From assembly GCA_965153455.1 (NCBI GenBank), contig OZ234494.1:62001-126000 (forward strand): a stretch of DNA of 64,000 nt. The letters run 5' to 3'. The translations under genes were made by a program, and so were the position numbers. Below, piece after piece: positions 1 to 12,523 of the stretch. The notes under the pieces are model-generated. The model was given only the letters and a program-made list of their open reading frames with translations, had not been told where the DNA came from and did no database searches. The DNA is from Sphagnum compactum (Eukaryota). Positions within the stretch are counted from its first letter, which is position 1. Each line of letters begins with the position of its first letter.

Positions 1-1261
1 GCTTGGTCATCACATTGAAGCCTTCGTCCAAAATAGATAGGTTTAGTTGAATTGATTTGTCGCCATTCCCATGGACCCACGCCACTGTGACTAGCCAAGG
101 TTGTGGGGATGAATAAACCATCTTCCACGAGCTCACATGTTCCCTCAAAACACAACTCCAACCTCAACATGAGTTGCATCAATTGTTTTGTTTGGACATT
201 CTGCAACTTCCTTCCACCAGAATACTTCATCGAAGCATCCAAGAACTGTTGAAGACATTCTTTTGTTGTGAACCCATGTTCATTTGTGAGTGAGTATCTA
301 TCATGGTTGGTCACATGCACTTGGTCATGACTAAGCTTGATCAAGTGCCCCATGACTTGGTGGCAAAACCAATCCACATCCACCACAACGAAATCCAAAT
401 CTTCAAAAAAAATTATATCACCTGAAGTGTGTAAGCATTTTGCCACAGCTTTGATCCTATCTTCATTCAATTTGATCAATGCATCTTCAGCCAATTTGAT
501 CACACTTTGATCTACCTTCACAAGCTTTGGTAACATTGTTTTTTGACAAAGCTTTGAAAATGTGTCTTGATCCATCAAAGGGTTATTGTGCGGTTTTGAC
601 ACCCAAGTTTTCAAAGCAAACCTCATGTCGATGCATACTTCATACACAGGTGGCAATGTGTTGAGTAGGTCTTGAACATTTTCTTGAATCCTCTTTACTA
701 CTAAGCGAGCTGATTGAGAGGAATGACAATCTATAATGATTGGTTCTGATGCCACATCCACCACTTTGACAAATTTTCTTTTCAAGTCTCTGACAACTGT
801 TGGCGCATGAGCATTAACATGAATCATGTCTGAATGTGTGAAAACCATAATTGCTTTTGGCTTAAAAATGATTGATTGCCTATTTTTGGAAGCAATAAAT
901 CGAAGCCAATAATCCAATTCATCTTGGATGTCCTGAATTTCCTTTTTGGGATTACCTTGCACATGCTTCAATGGGCTACAAACCAAAAGGAATAGAGACG
1001 GGTAACTTGTGCCATCTAGATTGGGCAACATGAAATCATGAAATGCATGAAATTCTTCTTGACCCGCCATATCCCATATGGACAAATTCACTCCTTCCGT
1101 TCCTTTCAACTCACGTATTTCAATTCCATGTGTGCGTTGTGTTTGTCGGAGCCCATCCTTTAGTTTCGACAAAAAGTCCATGATTGGGGTGAAAAAGATT
1201 TTGCTAAATGTGCTCCCATGGGCAAGGCAACGAACCAAGCCTTTCCTCAAAGTTGTTTTTC
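1..1261 (-). CDS. LRR-Roc-COR (ROCO, TORNADO1-like) protein, exon 2: Roc GTPase and start of COR; runs off the window
   Basis: After acceptor ...ttgtAG (1263-1262) the frame reads (G)KTTLRKGL...RTHGIEI...LSIWDMAGQEEFHAFHDFMLP...IMVFTHSD, matching Roc G1-G4 motifs. Missed by the ORF track. Confidence 0.88.
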
Positions 1262-1747
1262 CTACAAGGTTGATGATCACACACATGCACAACAAACAAA
1301 AGAATGTGAAGCAATTTGCCTTCATATTTGAAATTTGTATAAAGTATGTACATTTCATTTTATGATAATTTTCATAATTTTTATCACAAAAACATAAATT
1401 ATAATGTATAACCAAACCCCACGAATGACCAATTCAATTGATGTGAACTACAATGTGTGAGTCTATATCCAAAACATGGATTAGCAAAATGATAGTCGTT
1501 CACAAATATGCCATAGGTTTTGTGCAGTAGACCTTCAACTTTCATTAGCTTCTTGCATTTGATCTTCAAATCATTTTGTTGACCCATAAACCACACATGC
1601 ACACAATTAGTTAACGTTAATCTTTGGCTATTATAAAATTCAATTAAGCTTGCCCCAAAAATTGTTATGAAATTGAATCATGACTAATAAAAATAAAATT
1701 CATAAACAATGTTGAAGTGATGGTTTGGTGTACAACAAGAGTTTTAC
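1262..1747 (-). other. GT-AG intron (phase 1) inside the Roc P-loop glycine codon
   Basis: Donor GCAG|GTAAAA at 1748/1747 and acceptor TTGTAG|GA at 1262/1261. Splicing gives GYPYAGKTTL. The interior is AT-rich. Confidence 0.85.
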
Positions 1748-3098
1748 CTGCATATGGATAGCCACAGAGAAATACTCGAGCAGATGTTGCCTTGGCCACA
1801 GTTAGTTCCTTAAGTAGGGACATATACACTGCATTCTTCTTCAACTCTTGCCACACAACTGGGGCCTTGCCCATTCGATGCAATGCAGTGTACTCCAAAC
1901 ATAACTTTTTCAAGGTTTTGTTGACCACCAACATATCCATAATGACAGGAAACACGCTATCCCTTACACCCTCACAATTACTGAGGTTTAGGACTTGAAG
2001 GGAATAATTCTTTTCGAGCGACTTGATGAGTGCGGACACACCTGATTCAGTGAAACAGTGAGTAGCACTCAAATCGAGCTCCTTCAATGATGAGTTGCTT
2101 TGCAGCATTTTGGCGAGGGGATCGACAATAGAGGTGTGAAACTGCATATCGTCTTGTTTCACAAAAGTGCTGCATTGAAGTGTGAGTTTGAGGAGAGTTG
2201 CATTGCTTTGTTGCCCATTTGCATCCACTGTCAATGGTTGGAGTAGTCTTTGCAAGTTGAGGAAACTCCCTGTCAATTTCAAGTGCTCAAGGGTGTGATT
2301 CGTTTCAAGTGATTCCGCAAAACTGTCCACTGAGTACCTGAATTCCTGAGCCCAGAGAGAAAGCTCTTTCAACGATGAATTGTTCTGCAACATTTTCGCC
2401 AAAACATTTGCAGCGACAGTGAGAGATTCCTCGTCCACGCTCTCATATACCTGAAGTTTGAATTCAATGAGAGTTGAATTCTTTTGTTGACCATTTCCAT
2501 CTGCAATCAATGGTTGGACCAATCTTTGCAATTCTTGCTCGCCAGGAAGATAATTCAAAGACAAGCAGAAACGCTCCAAGGTGCGGTTCCTTTCGAGTGC
2601 ATTCGCAAAGCCGTCTAAAGACCTAAAAGTGGGAGCATGGCGAGAGAAGGTCAAGGTGAAGCCTTTCAAGCCAACGTTACTTTCAAGCAAGACCACAACT
2701 TGGTTCAAGAGAATGTCGAAATTAGGTTGACAATCTTGTGAGCCGTCCACAGATAGCTCAATGATTAGATCTGATACAGAATGGTTTTTGCACAAAGCTT
2801 TACAAAGCTGTACAGACAAAGCATCATTGCACATAGAAAATCTTTGTAGCATAAAAATGGACTTCAAATCCGTGCTCTCTCCTATGGCCTGCATCAAGTC
2901 TATGTACTCCACTTCCGGTCCACAAGGAATGTGCATAGAACGTCGTTCACAATGAACACTCCACCGATCTGGACACTCCTCCGATGGACCATAAAAGTTC
3001 AGTCCCCCGATACCACCGGCTATGAGAATCGCACAAAGCTCTTGCAATCCACCGTCCTCAAGAGTTTGATCAAAAGCCCCGTGACTCACTTCCGCCAT
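1748..3098 (-). CDS. LRR-Roc-COR (TORNADO1-like) protein, exon 1: RI-like leucine-rich repeats up to the P-loop
   Basis: ORF 1665-3152 has repeats LERNRTLERFCL, LQNNSSLKELSL, LEKNYSLQVLNL, then ARVFLCGYPYAG. First ATG is at 3098; the ORF track starts at a TTG. Confidence 0.85.
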
Positions 3099-3211
3099 GA
3101 TGAAGTCCGGCCTAGTGCAAGGATCTGGATCTCTCTCCAAAACAGATGTCAAGCAACAGGCAGATAGCCAACAAAATTTTTATAAAAAAAAATCAAGAAA
3201 ATAAAACAAAC

Positions 3212-3460
3212 TACAAAAAAAAACAGAGCTGAAGCAGCAATACGTAGACAGCACAAAGAGAAATCAAAGTTGAAACAACAGTAAGTAAATATTACAAAGA
3301 GAAATCAATGTTGAACCAGGGTGCAAAGACAAAAACAGACTTGAAGCAGCAGCAAGTCAGAGCAGTTGCACAGACCCCGAAAGAAGAAGAAGAAGTTGAA
3401 ACTAGAGCAAGTAGAGTACGTAGGCAGTGCAAAGACACAACAAAGTTGAAGCAGCAAACA
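3212..3460 (+). repeat. Degenerate ~40 bp repeats (caaaga..aaagttgaagcagca) upstream of the ROCO gene
   Basis: At least 4-5 imperfect copies visible. Confidence 0.45.
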
Positions 3461-6400
3461 AAGTGTGCAATGAGTGAGCGTGGAAGAGGGACTTAAGCGC
3501 ACAAAACACTCGACGAGGTGCCTTTCCAAACAGGCGTGTACATAAACAGCCAGCACACCATTTTCATGCGTCTTAGCAAGGCTACTAGGAGGAACCAAAA
3601 AAGACAGTTCTGCGAGCCCGGACTTCCCACCCCGTTTTATTCAGAAGTCTCTGGTTCTTCCTACCATGTATTAGTGGGAGTAAAAACTGATGGAGCACAA
3701 GGGTGTGGGTGCACAGCAGCTCTTTAACTCCATTGCTACAAATAAATAAATCGGCAGTACACTCTGTGAACTGGGCTGGTTCGCTTGTTCCCAATTGATA
3801 ACTCGATATTTTGTGTCATTGGGAGCTATTTCTAAATGGGTGACCTAAAACCACTTCTGGGGGAGGTGGCAGTGGGAAACAAGGGATTGGGCTCTAGAAA
3901 TCTGTGTTTTCTTGGCAGGTCCTTTGTCTTCCTTTTTCCTTTTTCCCCTTTTTTGTGGGGTTGTAAACAGTGGTTAGCTTTTTAGGCAGTTAATAGGACG
4001 TTGAGATATCTTGGGTGATATTATGAACTAGGTTATAGTCATTGTCAAATGCAACAAGGGGACAAATACACTTGTACTTTGGAAATGAGAAGAATGCTTG
4101 GACTATTTGCCAAAACTTTGGAGGTATGAAAGATGGCTGAATAACTAAAAGAATGGACATTAATGGCTTGGAATGACTCTTTGATGGCCCAACCTGAAAA
4201 GCATATTATTTTTTCTATGGGGGTTCCTGGTTGGATTATGATTGGACAAAAGTGCAAGAAGTATGTTAGATGTCTTTACATTGGATGTGTGGACTAATTG
4301 AGGCTCCCCAGTCTCCTGGCCAGAAGAATGCATTGTTTCCTTCTTGCCCAAGGAATTGTGTTGAAATTTGCAGAGCTTGATTCTAATTAACTTGTGAGAT
4401 TAAAAGAATAAGGAAGGATTTGGGTTGGCACAAATTTCCTCTTTCTGACGAAACTGGTCTACTTGGCTTACTAAAATTACTCTGAAAAAGTCATAAATCA
4501 AGGGGCCAACATGTTTTCAAAAATGTTAAGTATTAGTTACCTAGTAAAACCCGAGCTACATTTGAGCAACTGTGCAGCATAGAAATCGCATTTAAAGATC
4601 GCACACATTTAAATTTTATATGTTGTGGAAAAGTAATAAAATTGGCTTCTTTTACTGAAATAAAAATTGAGAAAACATTTCATACATCCACAAAGTATGT
4701 CTGTGCAATTAAACGACAAAATGTGAAAGGAAAAGAAGATCTTCAGATAGTAGATCCCTTAGGCTAATTTTCCTACAATTCCCAAGTTCTTTTGTGTTCC
4801 CCAAGTTGTTCCCAATAGCATCACACTTTTCTCCCAAGACCTTGAGCCAAAGGGAGAGCCATACATACTTGTAAATGTATACAAACACATTTTATTTTAA
4901 GCTGCTTTTCAAGAAATTATATATAAGAAAACATGTTACATCTCCACAAAAGGTGTAGCCAAGAAAAGCTGTGGTGTTTTTTTTGACCCCTGCTAAAGCT
5001 GAAATTGGGCACTGATATCAGGTTCAAAGACTACATTCGCTCTTATTTACACAGCATTAAAAAAGTTTCTAAAATGCCTTTGAAGGTAAGGCTCTTTTTT
5101 CTCAATCACAAACAGGAGAGAACTTGCAACCTTCGCTTTTTTGTTTACTTTGAATTTACCATTTAGAGTGATATACTGTGATTCACAGTAATTAGTTGTG
5201 AGGTGCCCCCCAAGCTCATAAATTTTTTTGCAATGAGCCTCTTTGATTGGCCTATCACAAATATATTCTGAAACTTTGGAGACTCCTTAAATAGAAGTTT
5301 TGACTCATAATACCTATAGATTTGTAAAAATGCATCCTTTTGACTCACATCTATAGGTTCAAAGAAGATGACTTTGGGCGCCCGTTATGGGACTAATTGA
5401 GGTGCTACTGGGAACATCTTGAGGGAATACATTGAGAATTTAAGAAACATTTTGAGGACATGTTGGGAACACAATGGAAACAAAGTGGGAACACGTCAGG
5501 AACACCAAAAAAAGAGAAAACCTCCTTCAGGGGAAAAACTGGGCCCCTTCCTGCATGCTGCATCACCTCATTGGCTGAGCAGAATTTACACACCTAAATG
5601 TGTTTGCCACTGTTTTTGCCCTTAGACTAATGGCAAGGGCATGATCGTATGTCTCAGGTGCATTTGTTGGGCCCCGCCCCCGGGATTATGCCATTGGATC
5701 CAACTTTTGGAAGTTTTACATTATTAGAACCAGTTTCATATCAGTGAACAGATTTCTTTGGTGAAACTGTTTAGACTGTTTAGATTGGAACGGATTTTTT
5801 AAATGTTCACAGTGTGGAAACAGTTGGTAGATGTACAACATCTTATCTAACGGCAGGGCCAGCGTGTTTGTGAAGCCTTGTTCCCATGTGGAAACTAATG
5901 GCCATTACAGCTCTGGACGTCTCATTTGCCCTTGTACCCAACATATCTTTCACTCTGGGCATGTTCAGATCCTTTTACTGGTTTCTCTTCAGATGATCTG
6001 TTTATTCGTAGCACATGGACTTACTTTGCTTTGAGTGTCACCTGTTCTTGGAATGGGCTTGAACAATATTGATTAGGAATATGTGTTAGTCGTTCATGGG
6101 ACCTAGGGAACTGGGGTAGCATGCCTGCAACCGTTTTCCAATTTGATTCCACAAATGGTTCTTTGTTCTCAATAATGTTCCCAAAGAAATCCCACAGCAA
6201 CTTTAGCTTATGTCACTTGTCCATACGAAATCCCAACGACTGTTCCCATCAATTCTTGGGTCTGGTCTTATAAGATCTGAAAACGGTTTTTCATAAATGT
6301 TTCCAAAGTTTCCAGTATGTTCAAACTATACTTTCAAGTCATTCTTTGGATTGATATTTCCCCAAAACATAATTTCAAGTTGTTTGCACCCCACACTTAT

Positions 6401-6812
6401 TAGGAGTTCCTCCCTAAGGAGAATTGCTAAAGAAATTTGAGTCTCATGGAACTCACAACCTGCCTTCAGGCAAGTACTATAAGTATTTAACACACATAGA
6501 AGTAAAATGCATCTCCACTTGAAAATCACTAACTCATGTGCTACCAACCACATTTTGTCCAGTTCCTCGAAATGTATGCCTAGTCTCTCCTCCTCTGTAT
6601 ACCCACACCTTGCAATGTATGGTAGAAAAACAATTTGCAACGATACTTGAGCTTGACCATTGTTATACCTGCTTGTTGCAGAAGTTCCTCTCTTTGCTGC
6701 TCAAGGTATTCCATTTTGGAAACAAACTTTTATGTCATCTTGAACAATTTGGTTCATGTGTGCACTCTTCTGATGGCCTCAAGTTTGATTGATGTGGGGA
6801 CAAAAAAGGACT

Positions 6813-8841
6813 GGACTGGTCACCACTCCAGGCTCAGAGTTTTTAAAAGGGGTAAAAACTGATTCTTTATTTCTTGAGGAATATTTCCTATCCAAACAAA
6901 ATGTGAAGCACCCATATTTCATAAGTTTAGAATTTAGGTCTACTAAATCCAACATACTAAATTAATTCGCTGAAAGGTTTAAGTACAACGTTTCATGAAA
7001 CATACTTGGGGAACTATGTATACATGCTCTCAGTGGAAGGTGTATTCACATACATCACATGCTGCTCTTTTCATAACAGGGTTAAAAGATACATATGAAA
7101 GAAGCTGCTAAGGAGCCTGAAGAATTGGCCTGGGCAATAATGCCGTTTTGGCATAAGTTGACCGTTGAACACCCTTCCCTTTCTAACCCTCAACACCACA
7201 CTCACAAAATTTTAATGCTACAAGAAAATGATGGAGTGGTTTGGGCATTTATGAAAGGAGAGGACACCTAATGAAACCATAGTCCCCCGATAGGATGTTG
7301 GCCAAGCATTACCATTAAAACATACAGAGTTCAAACATCAGAGTTGCAAAGGATCCAATGCGGAAGGGGATATTCAGCCCCAACATTTTCACATTACATG
7401 GAGTGATTTTCATAGCACCCCTTGCATCCAAAACAGGCAATTGCCGCTTCTAAGGAAGGTCATACAAAGTCAGGTCGATAGTAAGAGTATTGTGAGCCAA
7501 ACCCATCTGGGATCGCTGTAATAAAGAAAAGGTCCTTAATTTCTCAGACAGTAGTAATCTCAATAGACGGGCGAAGATATGCATGCATCCTACATTGTTA
7601 ATGGCTTGGCAGGTGGTGCTCTTTTGCAGTTCAAGTGGTACCATATATAATTGAAAAAGAAATTATGGAGCACATGGGTGAAAGGAAGACTTTTAGTACA
7701 ATCTTGCAAATGAAAAATCGGTAAAAAGGGGTCCATAGGTGAAAGGAAGACTTTTAGTACAATCTTGGAATTGAGAAATCGGTAAAAGAGGTTGTGGCCT
7801 GTGTCCTCTGCCGGTTACTACTTTAATTAGTTCACTTGGCCTCTTGCTTGGTGAGAGCTGATGGTACTTGATACTTATAACTATCAACCAGGCCCATATT
7901 GCCCTCAGTCTACGCTTTGTACAACTTGGCCAGACTCAGCTAACGGCCACCAGCGCACCATGCAGAATGGACGGTGTGTGCATTGGAAACGAGTTTTCAT
8001 TGTGTTCCTGTCCCATAGCTAATCACAGTGGTTAGTTATGCACTAACCATTCACCTACCTAGTTGCCACCAAGGACCTTACTTTCTCACTTGCATAATTT
8101 GCACTTGCATTCCCTACCTACTTGCCAAGGTAGTTGCCCCCTCCATAGGTAGCTAACTAGGTGGGGAAGGGGGGAGGAAGTGGATTTATGGGATAGGTTA
8201 CCAAGTCGGAACCATGGTAACTCAGTTATAGTTCATCCATACCGAAGTCATATGGGGTTTCCAATGGATGGGCGCTCGTGGCTTCTCGGTCACATAATCC
8301 CACTTGGTGTTAGGTGCATGTCATGGGGGTGTGTCCTATGGCTTATAATGTGAGGCCAGTTCCTGCTGCCTGTCCTGTCAACACTTTGTACTAACTACAC
8401 TTCATATAGGGGCGGGTTCGCACATGTAGTGCAGGGCTTGTTGACATTGTCACTAATGGGACAAGGTAGGAACTGACCCAGCTGGTTCAGGATTGTAGGT
8501 AGTAGCCAGTCTCCAATGACATTTATGAGGAATAGTCGGTTTTTCGGAAGGCCTTTAGCTCCAATGACTAAAAACAAAAGGGTACTGAAAAGTGGTCAAG
8601 TGGGTTAGGTGGTGAAGAGGACAAAATAGCTTGGATGGGAGCGGGTTTGGGCAGGACGTTAAACTCCATACAAACTCTCCTGGTGTCAGTGTGATGCCCA
8701 CAAAGTCCTGCCGCAGGGTTCAACCGACGTCCTGCGAAAGCTTAACGAAATAAAGAATACAGTCAACGTTAATTGACGGGATGGAACTAGCCTAACGGTA
8801 CTGGCTAGTTGCTGACTTCTACAGGTGCAGGGTTCGAATCC
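6813..8841 (+). repeat. ~2 kb diverged direct repeat, copy 1 (probable decayed transposon)
   Basis: Colinear with 12524-14558 from ggactggtcacc to tctacaggtgc.gggtt.gaa. Both copies share an internal ~60 bp tandem duplication. Confidence 0.85.
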
Positions 8842-8850
8842 TTAGGTTTT
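8781..8850 (+). promoter_or_regulatory. tRNA-derived Pol III internal promoter (SINE-like head)
   Basis: A-box TAGCCTAACGG at 8788-8798, B-box GGTTCGAATCC at 8831-8841 with tRNA-like spacing, and TTTT at 8847-8850. No complete cloverleaf. Confidence 0.55.
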
Positions 8851-11800
8851 GTACTTCAGATCGTGAAGTACAAATGTTTTCTTGATGCTCTAAGAGAAGG
8901 ACCAGTGTTCACTATGGAGAACACTGCACTACAAGAAATGAGAACACGCAAGGTCCTGTGTTGACGCCTGCAAAGTTTGTATGGGGATAAGTTTTTAACA
9001 TCCCCCACGGTTTCATGATACCTATACCAACAGGAAGATTGGTGGCACCACAGCAAATGGCCTATAAAACCTAACTACCATCACCAATATGGTCACCTTG
9101 GTATCCAATATTGTTTTCACTATTAACTTTTTGACATTGGAATTTACTAGCTCAGGATTGCATTCTTTCAAAATCTATGTGGGGAGTTGAAAGAGTTGAA
9201 TCCAAACTTAAGCACCACAAACTCAAGAAATAAAACTTTTTACGTGCAAATTTGCATCTCCGCAAACCAGTTTGAACCCTGAAGTTTACCGTATTGGACT
9301 TTCACCAGATTTGTCCTTGAAGTATTTGATATCGTTCAAAGGTTTAAATTCCAAAAGTCAAAATTGGGTTACTCTCAGTGTTGGTAGGTACTTAAGGAGG
9401 ATGGAGAGCGCTTAGACCACTTCAGGAGTGTGTCTGTTGCAAAGGAATGAGTGCAATTACAGCGCTGAATTGAAGTCGTTGCGTGTCCCTGTGGGAAAAT
9501 GTTGCATTCAGTGGGCCTTCGTACCAACTTGGAAACTATGCCCATTAACAGCCCTGTGGGTGCCAGTTGCCTTTGTACCAAATTGGAATCTAGATCAGAG
9601 CTTGGATTGACGTGTGTGTTGCCTTTCTGGACCCAACAAATCTGAACTGGGCCATCTGAAAGATTTGTGCCAAACATTGTTAAAAATAATCAGCAACCCA
9701 AAAAAGGAAAGGCCAAAACAAAAAGAGGGGACCACAGCCCAGAAAAACCCATGCCAAGGCTTCACTTCATTCAGTATGCCTGTTCAGTCGAAATGTGCCT
9801 TCGATTGGTTTTGCTCTGTAGTTGTCTGTAAGGCTGGCGAACCAGAATCCTTTAAGGGTCTCAAAACATATATATTGTTGTGGTTCACGAGGCACAGGAC
9901 TGAATTCCCCTTGACATTATTACATCGGAACCTGAATTATGTGATGGAATGTGGTGTGACCAACCTTTTTTGTCCCATAGAACGGGCCATAGAAGGTGGA
10001 TTGTGCCACATTAACATTCCAAGGGAGGGCACACCTGGCAGTAATTGCCTTCACTGGTCTGTTCTTTGCTTTACTAGTAGTAGGGCCAATAGAAAAATAG
10101 ATAGGTTGTGGCAGAATTAGCAGATTGGTTGCTATCAAAAGTTCAGATTGCAGAATCAGCTGCTGCAGCCAATTCTAGTTCCCAATACAGCACAAGGCAG
10201 GGGGTCGAATCAGCTGCCCCTGCTATTAACAATTTTTAGCTCTTCTTATCCATATTTCATAAAACATCACTTCTGTGATATTTTTGTGAAGTTTACACAG
10301 CTATCGCCTAGAGAAGACCCAATCATTCCTAAACTAATGGGAAGACAAACCTGTGTCAACTACGGTATACAATTCACGAGATTGAGGTTCACAAATAACT
10401 CGTCGGGATGAAACATTCCATGTGCATGCATGATGAGAGTTGGAGCTCTCAGATCCATTTGTAAGTCTTCATTTTTCTGACTTAGGAAACATATTAGGCT
10501 ACCTAATAGGTGCAGAGCAAAGTAACCTCAAACATAGGTCCAGGGCAAATTAAAGTGTATACAGACCAAGTGTGTATGTATTATGTATAATCTGTTAGGG
10601 AATCGTTCGGCGATGTGTGGCAAGCAAGGCCATAATTCACAGGCTTTATTGTGCTTGCTTTGGCCTTTGTGCTATGAAACTCAACAACTTGAGGTGTTGG
10701 CTGCTGGCCCCCCTTATTTACAAAATTAGGAGTAGTTAAAAGAATGAGAATTTTGTGGTGTAAGATTATAAAAACGTGTGAAAATTTGAGGTTGTGTCTA
10801 GAAATTTTTGGATGGCTAGCAAATGATCTAGTAATAACAAGTTATTGGATGTCAAGAAAAGCTTATGAGATGATGGGTAGGGTGCCTTACAAGTCTATAT
10901 AAAACCTTTGCCAACTTTCTGAAGGAGAAATTCACATTGGAGGGTTTTTTCTTTTTTGAAAAAAAATGTTTTATTTTATTTGTACGGAAACAAATGCGAA
11001 GCATTCCATTGCAAGAAGAAAAGTGAAAATTCACAATGGGTTTTTGGAAGCAAGGATATGAGATTTAAACCAGGGCCAACAACTGAAACATTCTCACACC
11101 ACGTTTTTGGGTGGGCAGCCATTTTTTGACCCCAATCAACTACTGCCATTATTGTATTCTTTGCAACAACTTGAGTTTCCATATTTGGATGGAGTTAAGT
11201 ATCTGATCAAAGTTCAAGAGGCTCTTAATTACACTAACTTCTTCTCTAAAGTGAAGTAGACAAAATGTCAATTAGCCCATAACCAAACACTTCCCTCTAA
11301 TTTTCAAGTTCCACAACACAACTGACACATCCTCCAAACGGAACAATTTTATCAATTGAGAAATGGTGGTGTGTTGCCTAAACCTTATTGAGCCCACCAA
11401 CATGAGAAGGCTGAACCTGGGACATGCGTATTAGCTCCACATAGTGTCAAATATTTCTTCTCTTTTCTTTCAATTGACTTCAATGGACTTTGCACTAGAC
11501 TGATGGGGACATGGCGCCCTACATGTTTATATGCATCAAATTTGGACATAACACAGTCCACATTGAACCTTTGCACCACTTGTGCAACTCAAATAGCAAC
11601 TCATAAAGTCCTACCATATGTTATATGTTTTGTAGTGTAAAGGGTAGGGCCTTTACACTAAGTATGGGTAGGGCAAGGTCCAGAAGCATCTGATATAAAA
11701 ACACAATGAAGTCCATATATGTAAGTGCCCACTATACAGAGCCTTGAGATCCTGGCCATTTGTAAAGCTTGATCTCATTATTGTTTTAAGAATAAGAATG

Positions 11801-12523
11801 CCCTTGGGGCGTGGCATTCCCCCAAAAGGCATGCCCACCTTTGGCTGATGCCTGCTCCTAGGACGTCACCCTACATGTAATACTTGGCAACTAATTTGCA
11901 TGGTGTGCACTTTTAACTTTATTGCATTGGATGTCTCTTGGGACATCTTCTCTTTCAAGCTGGCACATAAAACTAAACTTTTCAATGTTTTTTGGGGTGC
12001 CTTTAGAGAGCCAAATGAAGGGTTTTAAACGATAAGTTTTTTGTGCCTTTTTATGCAAGGTCTTTGAGTATTGTGAATCAATGTAAGCCCATGACGCGGC
12101 TTGAAATATGGAGGATGAAAATGAACTGGCAAATTTGATGGACAAAATTTACTCAATTGCATTCGTAACTATTGATGGATCATTGTGGCCTCATTGAATG
12201 ATTTGACATGTATGAAACCAACCCCAGAAAATGAAATGAATTTTAACGGATGATTATGATATCACAATTCTACCTTGGTGATAAGGAAATTGTACACTTA
12301 AATTCTGTCGTTGCAGGACACAAATAATTGAAGTCTAAGACACTTGCAATTATTTCTCAAAACAATTTTTGAAACGTTATGTGCGAACTTGAGTGTGTCT
12401 AACTCCTACCATGATCACTATTCATTGTTGTCCAGCTCCTATTATTTGCACAATGAATTCTCCCAGTCACTATTCTTGAATATTAGAATCAGTGTTGGGT
12501 ATCAAATTTACTACATAGAAGAA

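Noticed and set aside
1665-1747. C-terminal tail of the 495 aa ORF (KTLVVHQ...)
   Set aside because: Read-through into the intron; the Roc domain resumes at 1261.
8781-8850. Functional tRNA gene
   Set aside because: Acceptor and anticodon stems do not pair; only the promoter boxes remain.
9375-12200. Scattered 60-170 aa ORFs
   Set aside because: No motifs recognised; probably decayed transposon or intergenic DNA.
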